Positions 9,045 through 20,560 of a stretch of 64,000 nucleotides of DNA are shown one piece after another. Both the position numbers and the translations under genes were made by a program. Origin of the DNA: Candidatus Bathyarchaeota archaeon (GTDB lineage Archaea > Thermoproteota > Bathyarchaeia > Bathyarchaeales > Bathycorpusculaceae). Numbering within the stretch: the first letter of the stretch is position 1; each line of letters starts with the position of its first letter. The stretch covers positions 14,703 to 78,702 of the forward strand of contig CAWAKC010000012.1 in assembly GCA_963782525.1 (NCBI GenBank). Reading direction: 5' to 3'. Below the pieces are notes generated by a model, which was not told the origin of the DNA, ran no database searches, and saw only the letters and a list, made by a program, of their open reading frames with translations.

Positions 9045-9789
9045 CTACTCTTTTTCTGCAGGCTACGCATTCCTCGTAACCTACCTTCTTAATATCCTTG
9101 TAGATGTTCATGGGATGTGTGTAACAGTGAAACTGCCCGTCCAAAAGAATAAACCCATACTTAGCTTTGATATACTCCAGTATATCACCCTTGTGAGTTA
9201 TCACCAAAGCTGAGCCTCCGCTGCTTTCTATGTAGCGTTCAATTTCTGTTGCAATCAGCTTCAGACTTTCTACATCCACGCCTGAGTCAGGCTCATCTAA
9301 AAGGAGAAGTTTGGGTTTAAGGAAAATCAGTTGAAGAATTTCGGAGCGCTTCTTTTCGCCGCCGGAGAAGCCAACGTTTAGATCCCTGCTTAAGAAGTCA
9401 GTTAATTTGAAGGCTTCAATTAAGCGTTGTTCTTCTGCGCTGAACGGTTCGTCGGTTTTCTTGCCCAGACAAAGTTTCAATAGGTCTGCGAGTTTGACGC
9501 CGGTGATTTCTGGAGGATTTTGGAAGCTGATAGTCACGCCGAGCTTTGCCCTTTCCTCCACAGTTTTGGTCGTAATGTCTGTTCCGTTGAACGAGATTGT
9601 TCCTGATGTTGCCTCGTATTTGGGAAGTCCCATAATTGTACTTAGAAGCGTTGTTTTGCCAGAACCGTTGGGTCCAAAAAGAATGTAATTCTCGCCGCTT
9701 TTGAGGTTGAAAGTCACTCCTTTGAGGATAGGCTTTCCTTCAACCTTAACAGTCAAATCTTTAACTTCAAGAATATCCATGACAATCAA
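9013..9789 (-). CDS. sufC: SufC Fe-S assembly ABC ATPase (SmsC-type, C-terminal CxxC)
   Basis: GPNGSGKT, GFSGGEKKRSE, LDEPDSGVD, ECVAC. Confidence 0.92.
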   Translation of the reverse strand: MIVMDILEVKDLTVKVEGKPILKGVTFNLKSGENYILFGPNGSGKTTLLSTIMGLPKYEATSGTISFNGTDITTKTVEERAKLGVTISFQNPPEITGVKLADLLKLCLGKKTDEPFSAEEQRLIEAFKLTDFLSRDLNVGFSGGEKKRSEILQLIFLKPKLLLLDEPDSGVDVESLKLIATEIERYIESSGGSALVITHKGDILEYIKAKYGFILLDGQFHCYTHPMNIYKDIKKVGYEECVACRKRVVGGWKTDNRK

Positions 9790-10138
9790 AGACTATTTAA
9801 CGTAAAATAAACCTTTTGTGAGATACAACTTGAAGGATGCTTTAAAAAAAGCACTCACCCATGAAATAAAACTTTTTTGTTAAAGCGCACGCATGCACAC
9901 ACATTTTCGAAAAATAATATCGGGCATGAAATTTTCTGGAGATTCTTAATCTAAGCAAACTATTGTTATTCTATCTCTTTGAACCATTCTTTAAAATGCT
10001 ACCTGTTTCTTCATTGGGTCCCTTAAAAACGCGTATGCCGTACGTCCCTCGGATAATTTACGAGAGCGGGTATAAATTACGAAAACTCGCAACTTCGAGG
10101 AGTGAGAAAAGAGTGCCGAGATAGCCCTCCTATTTGCA

Positions 10139-10655
10139 TTGATCGCCACTGCAGTATCATCAGGTCTTCTAATCTACAAAAGGCGTGCCACCAAGAAATA
10201 TAACTCCCTGGCATTGAAAACAGATGCATCCAACTCAATCAAAGATGTACTCACGTCCATAACAGCCTTCATAGGTATCGCTCTGACCAGGTACCTCAAC
10301 ATCATTCAGTTTGAGGCCATAGCAGAAATAATAATCTCATTGTTCGTTTTCACAATGGTGTATACAATAATAAGAGAGACCTCTTTGGTCCCTGATGGAT
10401 GCTTGCCAATGCCCAGAAATCTTAACAGACATAGAAAACATTGCCAAAAGTGTCAAGCGGGCTAAGCAGGTGCATAGCCTACGAATGAGAAAATATGACC
10501 CTACCTAATTGGCGATCTACACGTGTAGTTGACGCTGACCTAACGGTTAGGGATTCGGGCAAAATGGCTTACGAAATAGATGAACGCGTGAAAAGGAATT
10601 TGATGAGGTAATAGAGATAAAGGTGCGAATAGGCCCTGAACCCGTAGCAAACTAA
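10139..10655 (+). pseudogene. Cation diffusion facilitator (FieF-like) remnant
   Basis: SLALKTDASNSIKDVLTS TM segment; downstream dimerisation domain broken by several frameshifts and stops. Confidence 0.65.
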
Positions 10656-10808
10656 GCGCGTGCTAATATAGCAAAGCATAGATGTGTGAGAAACCTCTAT
10701 GAGATCTAAGCAGCGAGAAAAATAATCGTTTATACTTCATGACAATATTCTCGGCGCGCCTTGCTTGATCTTAAGCAGTTCGTCTATGGTGGGTTAGCGC
10801 GGTGCGCT

Positions 10809-10871
10809 TTCGCAATCGTATTCGCAGTCTGCTTCTATTAGTTGGCAAACTTCTTGTTCCGAGTTAGCTAC
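10809..10871 (-). pseudogene. Possible relic of a tyrosine integrase C-terminus
   Basis: Translates VANSEQEVCQLIEADCEYDCE, resembling the recalled VAKTVEEACxLIEAGFEYVCE tail of archaeal integrases. Confidence 0.35.
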
Positions 10872-10900
10872 TTATGCTGTACTGCCGTCACTATCTCTTG

Positions 10901-13103
<2,203 letters not shown>

Positions 13104-13170
13104 TTATGTCTTAGTTTTCTACAGATTTAAAGATTAAGCAAGTTTGACTATTTTGAACAAATAAATAATT

Positions 13171-14193
13171 TAGACGTGTGCGCAATTCATTTTTTATAGT
13201 TCCGATAGGTAAGTTATCTTTGAGCAAGTCTGGGATCGTACCCGTAAATACCATTGATTTGGTGTCTTTGAGGGCTCCATGATCATTTGTTGTTGGGTCA
13301 AGCCCAGTACTTGCTTACCGTTTTTAGACTTTGCTCGCCAACAATAAGCGATCGTATTGCTTCAGCATCATAACTAATCAAGCCAGCCATCACCATAGCC
13401 GCCTTCTTCACCAAACCCTTAGGCCTCACCCAGCAATTCCTCAAAACGTTAGCTTTAAGATGCCCATTAAACTGCTCAACCACATAACGCTTAGTCTCCA
13501 AGAGTCTAGCATGTTTGATTCTTTTGCGTTTTCCCCTTCTAGGATTAGGAGCAATAACAGGCTCAGCTTCAATGCCCTTGGCTGCTCTTTTGTTTGTTTT
13601 CGAGTCATAACCCGCATCGGCCAAAACGTATTCTGCTTCCAAATCCTCAATGAGACCGGGAAGAAAAGGCGAGTCATAACGATTACCAGGCGTAACAACT
13701 GCTCTCAACGGCAACCCCAGCTGATTTACCGCTGCATGAAGCTTGAAACCTCTGAATTTTCCACGGCTCGTGTGACCCCAGCCCGCTTCCATATCGTAGA
13801 GATCCACTAACGGCGTTGAGTCAACAATTAGAATAGTGGTCGGTGTCACTAGTTGAAGCATAGCCGATATCTTCTTAAAAGTTTCTTCAAGAACGTCAAG
13901 ATAGCGTCTCCACCATCTTCCAACAGTGGTTCTATTGGGTACTTTGAATAAACCAAGTGTTCTAGCAACGTCCGTATGCTTCTTTAGATGTTCAATTACA
14001 CGTGTGTCGTTCTCTAATCCTTTCAGTCTGGCATAAACGAGAACTCTTAGTGCTCTTAGGCGTCCGTAGCCTGGATTTCCGCGTCTTTTGGGTTCTACAG
14101 AAACGATTGCTTTGTTGACGAAAAGCCTGACAACTTCACAGGCTTCCATACTAGAACATAATTGGGAAGCAGCTTAAATTCTGCACACCCCTA
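13171..14193 (-). mobile_element. IS element (IS5/IS1182-like DDE), 1023 bp
   Basis: Imperfect terminal IRs TAGACGTGTGCGCAATT / TAGGGGTGTGCAGAATT (13/17); 7-bp direct repeat AATAATT at 13164-13170 and 14194-14200. Confidence 0.8.
13298..14149 (-). CDS. DDE transposase
   Basis: IVDST, GFKLH, LADAGYDS, RYVVEQFNG. Confidence 0.92.
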   Translation of the reverse strand: MEACEVVRLFVNKAIVSVEPKRRGNPGYGRLRALRVLVYARLKGLENDTRVIEHLKKHTDVARTLGLFKVPNRTTVGRWWRRYLDVLEETFKKISAMLQLVTPTTILIVDSTPLVDLYDMEAGWGHTSRGKFRGFKLHAAVNQLGLPLRAVVTPGNRYDSPFLPGLIEDLEAEYVLADAGYDSKTNKRAAKGIEAEPVIAPNPRRGKRKRIKHARLLETKRYVVEQFNGHLKANVLRNCWVRPKGLVKKAAMVMAGLISYDAEAIRSLIVGEQSLKTVSKYWA

Positions 14194-14423
14194 AATAATT
14201 GAGTAAAAGCGCACTAATAGAGATGCTACAAAAAATCTAGATGTAGAGATCATTGTAGACGAGAGTAATCTTCCGACTTGCCACTAATGTTTTTACTGGC
14301 AAATTGGGGCTAGGATCCTCCCCCTTCCCGGCGCCAATTAGTTCTTCAAACAGCTGATACGATTAGTTTTGAATGTTATGAAAATAGCAAAAGATAAGTC
14401 AAAAAAACACCGAATTAATTTTT

Positions 14424-15359
14424 TTATGCTATACTTTTTCTAACATAAGCTGAAGCTTTCATCGCCGCCATCGCACCTTCGCCTGCTGCTGTGACAACTT
14501 GCATGCCGCCGCAGGTGCAGTCTCCTGCTGCAAAAACTCCTTCGATGTTTGTTTTTTGTTGTCGGTTAACTGTTAGGCAACCACCGTAATCTGTGTGTAT
14601 TCCAGCACGCCTCACAACCGCTGTCATGGGCACGTTTCCCATTGCAACGAACACCCCCCTAACTGCTAGTTCAACTTCTCCCTGCACACCAGGACTTTGA
14701 AAGTGTATGGTGTTAACCATTTGTTCGCCGACTATCTTTGTAACTTGTCCTTTCACGATTTCTATTTTGGGTTTATTTTGAAGTTTAGCAAGCAATGTTT
14801 TGTCAATGGTTAAGTCTTTTCCTTGAGTAACTATGGTTATTTTGCTTGCAACGTCAGCTAAAGATAATGCGTCAGCCGCTGCATCTTCTCCATTGCCGAT
14901 CACCGCAACTGCTTTATTGCGGAAAAAGGGGCCATCGCAGACAGCACAATAACTGACGCCTCTGCCCAAAAATTCGGTTTCGCCCTGTACCGAAAGTTTG
15001 CGTCCCTGGGTTCCGGTCGCTATAATTATTGCGGGTGCTTGGTAGGTTTGTTTTCGCGAAATCACTTTTTTTGCTTCTGACTCCAAATCTAAACCTATCA
15101 TTTCTTCGTCACTTCTGAATTCAGCGTTGAAACGTTCTGCTTGCATCCTCATTCGGTCAGCTAGTTCGTTGCCCGAGATGCCGTCGGGGAAACCTGGAAA
15201 ATTCTCTATCTTAGGTGCTAACCCAGCTCTGCCGCCCGTCACTCCTGCCTCTAAAACAACGGTTTTTAACCCAAGCCAAGCAGAGTAAATGGCTGCAGTT
15301 AAGCCGGCTGGTCCAGCTCCAATGATAACAATATCGCATTTTTGGTTTTTCTCACTCAC
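14424..15359 (-). CDS. trxB: Thioredoxin reductase
   Basis: GAGPAGLTAA, GVSYCAVCDG, VFAAGD. Confidence 0.9.
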   Translation of the reverse strand: MSEKNQKCDIVIIGAGPAGLTAAIYSAWLGLKTVVLEAGVTGGRAGLAPKIENFPGFPDGISGNELADRMRMQAERFNAEFRSDEEMIGLDLESEAKKVISRKQTYQAPAIIIATGTQGRKLSVQGETEFLGRGVSYCAVCDGPFFRNKAVAVIGNGEDAAADALSLADVASKITIVTQGKDLTIDKTLLAKLQNKPKIEIVKGQVTKIVGEQMVNTIHFQSPGVQGEVELAVRGVFVAMGNVPMTAVVRRAGIHTDYGGCLTVNRQQKTNIEGVFAAGDCTCGGMQVVTAAGEGAMAAMKASAYVRKSIA

Positions 15360-15432
15360 CGTAAAACCTCACAAAAAAACATACTATAAAAAATCTAAGC
15401 TTAACTAATATCTTTTGGATACTGCAAAGTTA

Positions 15433-15789
15433 CTATATTTCTTCTTCGTCTATGTTGAGGAACTTTTTTATGGTTGCCATAATTTCCTGCAATCCCTTAT
15501 CTGTTAATGGCGGATTATATGGAATCCTAAGTACATCCCAACCCTGCGCAATCAGAAGGTCAGTGATTTCTTCGTCTCGTTCGATGGCTTTGTCTTTTTT
15601 GTGGACTGGGTTGCCGTCTAAGTAAACGATTTTGCGTTTTTCCATCCAGCAGAAGTCAGGGATTGTGGATTTGAGGATGATAGGCTGTTGCGTAACCATT
15701 CCAGTGGTCAATCCAGTAGCGCTTAAGGATTTGAAAACTTCAATTTCTGCTCGGCTAACTTTGGGGTGCATGCGTTCTTTATAGCTCAA
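15433..15789 (-). CDS. DUF559/Vsr-like endonuclease-domain protein
   Basis: PDF...YLDG..H...RD...L...GW.VLRI pattern. Confidence 0.7.
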   Translation of the reverse strand: MSYKERMHPKVSRAEIEVFKSLSATGLTTGMVTQQPIILKSTIPDFCWMEKRKIVYLDGNPVHKKDKAIERDEEITDLLIAQGWDVLRIPYNPPLTDKGLQEIMATIKKFLNIDEEEI

Positions 15790-15881
15790 ACTAAGTCACG
15801 AACGCTAGCATTGCATGTGTACCTTAATAAATTATATACTAGAACCCGATTAAATCGTAAGGGGCAATTCGTAACCAAAAA

Positions 15882-16020
15882 GTAGGCTTGGCGGATCGCC
15901 TGTGTCAACCCAAGACGCCAATCAAAAGTAGTCCCCTAATCCTTCTTTAGAGGCTCAGCGACTGCGCGTCATGGTTGGCGGCTGACCCGTCAAGCGTGGG
16001 TGTACCTCTTGGATGGCTAT
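15882..16020 (+). ncRNA. Candidate structured ncRNA
   Basis: GC-rich intergenic segment with a long G-U-containing hairpin on the + strand; TATA-like GATTAAAT about 30 nt upstream. Confidence 0.4.
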
Positions 16021-16156
16021 TTCTCGCAAATAAACAAGTATTCGTCAACTATATTTGTCGTTGTGACTGTACTCTGGTAACAACAAGCATACAAGTTACG
16101 ATTCTGCATCAAGCACAAAAAAGGTAAACGAGTTAGATTTAGGGTCACTTGTTGCA

Positions 16157-16417
16157 TTAATAATTTCTTATTTGTTCTTGTTCTTCAAAAATGATGGGCA
16201 CTAAAGTAACGTTGTCTTTGGTGTTTTGTGGTTTTTTCTGAGTGTGTTTTTGGTTGTCCATGGCGTACATGCACCAGCCCATGAAGCCTATGAAGATGAG
16301 CGCGGGAAGAAGCATAATCATTAATCCTTTACTCCGTTTACGCTTAACTCTTCGATCTACCAACTTTGAACCCGAGCAATATTCGGTAGGAAGTGAAGAT
16401 AAGCCTTGATAAGCCAA
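16157..16417 (-). CDS. Small single-TM protein (true start may be downstream)
   Basis: Basic patch followed by one TM helix. Confidence 0.55.
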   Translation of the reverse strand: MAYQGLSSLPTEYCSGSKLVDRRVKRKRSKGLMIMLLPALIFIGFMGWCMYAMDNQKHTQKKPQNTKDNVTLVPIIFEEQEQIRNY

Positions 16418-16472
16418 AATATAGATTAAAAATACACATTAAAAGAAAAAAAGAAACTGTTGGAAAGGCTGC

Positions 16473-18884
16473 TTATTCTTCAACCTTTTTTGGCTGAGCT
16501 CGCACATTAGGATATTCTTTGAGTTTATCTGCCATTTCCCGCAATTGCCTATCAACCAGGTAGTTGACTGTGCCTTCTTGGTAAGTTCCGTCTGCTCGGC
16601 TTTCGCCCGCCTTGGTTCCTGTGAGTACTTCGATACCTTCGTCGATTGTTTTAACTGAGTAGACGTTGAATTTGCCAGCTTTAACTGCGTCCACGACTTC
16701 TTCCTTAAGCATCAGGTTTTGCACGTTGCTGTCAGGAATCATCACACCTTGCTCTCCGGTTAATCCTTTGGCTTTGCAGACTTCAAAGAAGCCCTCGATT
16801 TTCTCGTTGACTCCGCCGATGGCTTGAACTTCGCCTTTTTGGTTCACAGAGCCTGTGACGGCTATGTTCTGTTTTATTGGAAGTCCACTGAGTGCCGAAA
16901 GTATAGAGTAGAGTTCCGTGCTGGAAGCGCTGTCGCCTTCAACACCTTCATAGTTCTGCTCAAAAACCAAGCGTGCTGAGAGGCTTAGTGGTTTGTCGCG
17001 TGCGTATTTGTCGTTTATATAGCCGCTGAGGATCAGGACTCCTTTGGTGTGGATTGGTCCGCCCATTTTGGCTTCTCGTTCAATGTCCATGACGCCTTCT
17101 CTGCCTAAGCCGATGCTGGCGGTGACGCGTGAGGGCATGCCGAATGCAAAGTCGCCAAGCCCCATAACGGATAATCCGTTGACTTGTCCAACCTCCGCTT
17201 CAACTGTGTCAATTAAGAAGAAGCCGCGGGTTATCATTTCCTGGATTTTTTCTTGGATTAGTTTTGAACGGTAGATTTTTTCTTCTATGGCTTTTCTAAC
17301 TTGGTCGCCAGTTATGAATTCGGAGTTGTCTTGGGTAGTGTAGTAGTTGGATTCACGGATGATGTCAGCGATTGCTGAGAATTGCGTTGAAAGCTTGTAT
17401 TGGTCCTCGATTATTCTTGAACTGTACTCAACCAGCTTTGCTAAGGCGCTGCCGTCGAGGTGTTTTAAGCCTTCTTTATCGCATAGACTACAAACAAAAG
17501 CTGCGTACTGTTGGACTTTTTCGTCTGTTCTTGGCATGGTGGTGTCGAATTCTGCTTTTATCTTGAAGAGTTCGTGGAAGTCAGGGTCTAGGCTGAACAT
17601 CATTTGGTAGAGGTAGGGGGTGCCGATGAGAATTATTTTAGCTGTTAGGGGGATGGGTTGTGGTTTCAGGGTTTTGATGCTTATGAAACCGTAGCGTTCT
17701 TCGGGTTCTTCGATGGACATTCTTGCGTCTCGGATGTCGCGTTTTAAAGCGTCGTAGGAGAAGGGGTTTCGGAGCAGGTCTTCGACGGGTACTATTAGGT
17801 AGCCGCCGTTGGCTTTATGTATGGATCCTCCACGGATCATACTAAAATCAGTGGTTAATGCGCCGAACTGTGCTTCTTTCTCGGTTCTGCCCAGCAGGTT
17901 ATGGTATGTAGGGTTAGTTTCAACAACAACAGGCGCGCCTGTGGTGTTTGAGTTGTCGATGACTAGGTTTACTTCGTATTTTTTGTAGGGTTCTTCCTTC
18001 ATCCAAGGCATGGCGAAGGGCAGTTGTTCAGGTTCTCCTCGCCTTATGAACTGCTGCAGGTTATCCAAGATGTCGTTTTGTACTTCTTTCAGATAGTTTG
18101 TAACGTCAGAGTTAGTTTGGTACTTCTCTAGGAGGCGCTCCATCTGGTTCCCCAACGCGTAGAGGGCGACTTCTTTGTTTAGTTTCTTTAGAGCCTCATG
18201 GATTTTTCTTTCCATATCGATTAGTTGGCGCATTGTGCTTCGGAATTCAGTCTCCAACTTTTCCCGTTTCTCATTAATCTTATCCTTCGTTTTTGGAGGT
18301 AACGCCAGCATTTCTTCTTCGCTGAGCGGTTTACCATCCAAAACTGGAATTAGCAAGATGCCGATGGGGGTAGTCTGAATAACGAAGCCTTCACTTTGAG
18401 CTTTGCTACTTAACTCGTCGATTAACTTTTTACGCTGGTCCTCTAAGACTTTGATGGTGGATTCTCTTTTCGCCCCATAGTCTTCGCTTTCAAACGCTTT
18501 AGGCAACGCAGTTTTGACGTTCTCAATGAAGTTTTTGAGGTCTTCACGGAATTCTTTGCCCTTTCCCGCTTGCAGCATTATTGCTTTTGGCTCATATTGA
18601 TTGCCGAAGTTGTTGACGTAGCACCAGTCGGGCGGTACAGACTGGGTTTTAGCTTGGGCTTCGACGAAGTTTTTAACCGCGGTTTTTCTGCCCGTTCCAG
18701 GGTACCCCGCTACGTATACGTTGAAGCCGTGATTTTTGATACCTAACCCGAATTTTAGGGCTCGGACGGCTCTTTCTTGACCGATGATTTCGCTGAGCGG
18801 AATTAGGTCTTTGGTTGATTCGCAATGCAAAACATTAGCATCACAGACATTCCGTAACTTTTCAACTGGTAATTGATTGACCAA
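16473..18884 (-). CDS. lon: Soluble Lon-like protease (LonC/AAA_32 type)
   Basis: IGQERA, atypical Walker A GYPGTGRKT, coiled coils, GDSAS and GGVNEK Ser-Lys dyad; TTG start with GGAGG SD. Confidence 0.88.
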   Translation of the reverse strand: MVNQLPVEKLRNVCDANVLHCESTKDLIPLSEIIGQERAVRALKFGLGIKNHGFNVYVAGYPGTGRKTAVKNFVEAQAKTQSVPPDWCYVNNFGNQYEPKAIMLQAGKGKEFREDLKNFIENVKTALPKAFESEDYGAKRESTIKVLEDQRKKLIDELSSKAQSEGFVIQTTPIGILLIPVLDGKPLSEEEMLALPPKTKDKINEKREKLETEFRSTMRQLIDMERKIHEALKKLNKEVALYALGNQMERLLEKYQTNSDVTNYLKEVQNDILDNLQQFIRRGEPEQLPFAMPWMKEEPYKKYEVNLVIDNSNTTGAPVVVETNPTYHNLLGRTEKEAQFGALTTDFSMIRGGSIHKANGGYLIVPVEDLLRNPFSYDALKRDIRDARMSIEEPEERYGFISIKTLKPQPIPLTAKIILIGTPYLYQMMFSLDPDFHELFKIKAEFDTTMPRTDEKVQQYAAFVCSLCDKEGLKHLDGSALAKLVEYSSRIIEDQYKLSTQFSAIADIIRESNYYTTQDNSEFITGDQVRKAIEEKIYRSKLIQEKIQEMITRGFFLIDTVEAEVGQVNGLSVMGLGDFAFGMPSRVTASIGLGREGVMDIEREAKMGGPIHTKGVLILSGYINDKYARDKPLSLSARLVFEQNYEGVEGDSASSTELYSILSALSGLPIKQNIAVTGSVNQKGEVQAIGGVNEKIEGFFEVCKAKGLTGEQGVMIPDSNVQNLMLKEEVVDAVKAGKFNVYSVKTIDEGIEVLTGTKAGESRADGTYQEGTVNYLVDRQLREMADKLKEYPNVRAQPKKVEE

Positions 18885-19083
18885 AACAAAAATCCTCCTA
18901 TAAGCTACTCTAGGAAACTTGCTTTTATCTTTTAACCCTTTCTGCCAAGCGCCAACATGATTGAGATCATTCCCTTTACGGAAATGACTCATAAATTCGG
19001 TCGAAAAACTAGTTCTATTTAGTATTCATATTTTCAGTTAACAAACCTTATCTCCTCTGGCTAACTAAATACAACTGAGCAAA

Positions 19084-19251
19084 ATGCGCATCAACCACAA
19101 AACCTTAGGCATCTTCGCGGTTGCATTTCTGGGTTTAGGAAGCGTACCAGCTTATTTCGGTTCAATGTTCTATGCGATAAGCCTTTGGATGATTGGTTTC
19201 GGCTTAATGAACATCCATGTTTTCATTCTTTCACATGAAAGAAAAATTTGA
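19084..19251 (+). CDS. 55-aa 2-TM membrane protein
   Basis: Manual translation MRINHKTLGIFAVAFLGLG...HERKI; CTTATC TATA-like box upstream. Confidence 0.55.
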   Translation: MRINHKTLGIFAVAFLGLGSVPAYFGSMFYAISLWMIGFGLMNIHVFILSHERKI

Positions 19252-19284
19252 AGTAGCGCCTTGAGAACTCGTTATAATCATTTG

Positions 19285-19833
19285 CTATTGGTCTGGCTGG
19301 ATGAATAGTTTTAGGATTTCTTGGTTTCGCACTTCAGGATGGAAAAGCACGCCGTAGATATTTTTTTGTTTGAGTTTTATGGCTTGGATGCATTTTGTGG
19401 ATTCGGCGAGGGTTTCAAAGTTTTGGGACGGTTCGACTGAGTAGTTGTGGAGTGTGTAAGCATTGAAGTTACCGTGGAAGAGAGGGTTTTCTTTCAGCGT
19501 TGTGATTTCAGCCGTGCCGACTTGCAGGCAAGATGCCAATGGAACATCGAAAACTAGAGCGATTGTCTGCATTCCAGCACAAATTCCCAAAATTGGTTTA
19601 TCACAAGTTTTTATCCAGTCGAATTTTTCAATCTGATTTAGGGTTGCGTGGTCTTTGAGGGTTGTTCCTGAAAGGATAATTTTACTGTAACAGTCCAGCT
19701 CAGCTGGAGTAACCTCCAAGAAATGTTTTACCACACATTCCTCAAGCGGCTGCACCACCGAAATGATTGGAGCAACAAACTCGTTAAAAGATAGCGAATC
19801 ACGCTTCCAATTCATGTCGACAACCAGAATCAT
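19285..19833 (-). CDS. Class I glutamine amidotransferase (GuaA-like)
   Basis: PILGICAGMQ nucleophile elbow and FHPE; 4-nt ATGA overlap with dph6. Confidence 0.88.
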   Translation of the reverse strand: MILVVDMNWKRDSLSFNEFVAPIISVVQPLEECVVKHFLEVTPAELDCYSKIILSGTTLKDHATLNQIEKFDWIKTCDKPILGICAGMQTIALVFDVPLASCLQVGTAEITTLKENPLFHGNFNAYTLHNYSVEPSQNFETLAESTKCIQAIKLKQKNIYGVLFHPEVRNQEILKLFIQPDQ

Positions 19834-20510
19834 TTGGGCACCAGCCGAGCCTGCTTAATTTGGAAAACGCCGCAATTACCCTTCGCTTCCACTCTGGATT
19901 GGAGGATTTCTATTTTCTGCTTAAACATCGGCGCATCCAAAACAGTCGTCTCAATCTCTCCGCCTTCCCCTGAGGGGCTGATGCCATATTGCCCTTGAAG
20001 CTCTACCAACCGCGCAATAACCTGTGCATCGATTTGTTTTCCAAGCCATTTTTCATCGAGCGGATAAGCAAAAATCCCAGAGATTATAACTTTAAACTTC
20101 TTTTCGAGAAGTTTTTCCAAAAGTGCTTTTTGGTCGTATTTCCACAGTGGGTTGAAGCACCAGACGTCAAGGCGGTTGCAGATGCGTTGAACCCGTGTGG
20201 CTTGGTAAACCGACTCCACCGCGCCCGTGACTATGCCGTCGATTTGGAATTTGGTCTTTGCCTCTGCGATTGCCTTCTCCAAGTCGGCAAGTTCCTCTTC
20301 CTTCTGCCCCTCCGTAACCACTGAAACCAGCGGCAACCCGAGCGCCTCAGCCTGAAGGGTTGTCACATCGATGTTGGGTGTATGGAACATGTAGCTTTCA
20401 GGGTTCTTTGAAACCACGGTGATTAGGCAGACGACTTCCTCTTTTTCCTTTGCCAAATGGAGGGCAAGGGTTGAGTCTTTGCCGCCTGAAAATAGGACTC
20501 CAAGTCGCAT
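19830..20510 (-). CDS. dph6: Diphthine-ammonia ligase (Dph6/MJ0570 family)
   Basis: PP-loop SGGKDS, ESYMFH, GEGGEIET. Confidence 0.88.
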   Translation of the reverse strand: MRLGVLFSGGKDSTLALHLAKEKEEVVCLITVVSKNPESYMFHTPNIDVTTLQAEALGLPLVSVVTEGQKEEELADLEKAIAEAKTKFQIDGIVTGAVESVYQATRVQRICNRLDVWCFNPLWKYDQKALLEKLLEKKFKVIISGIFAYPLDEKWLGKQIDAQVIARLVELQGQYGISPSGEGGEIETTVLDAPMFKQKIEILQSRVEAKGNCGVFQIKQARLVPK

Positions 20511-20560
20511 GTGGTTTAAAGAAGAAAAGGGTGTTTATATCCTTGCTTGAGGCGGTGCGG

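Noticed and set aside
18885-18992. N-terminal 36 aa of the 839-aa Lon ORF
   Set aside because: The GGAGG SD and family-like sequence start support TTG at 18884; the upstream part looks like promoter DNA
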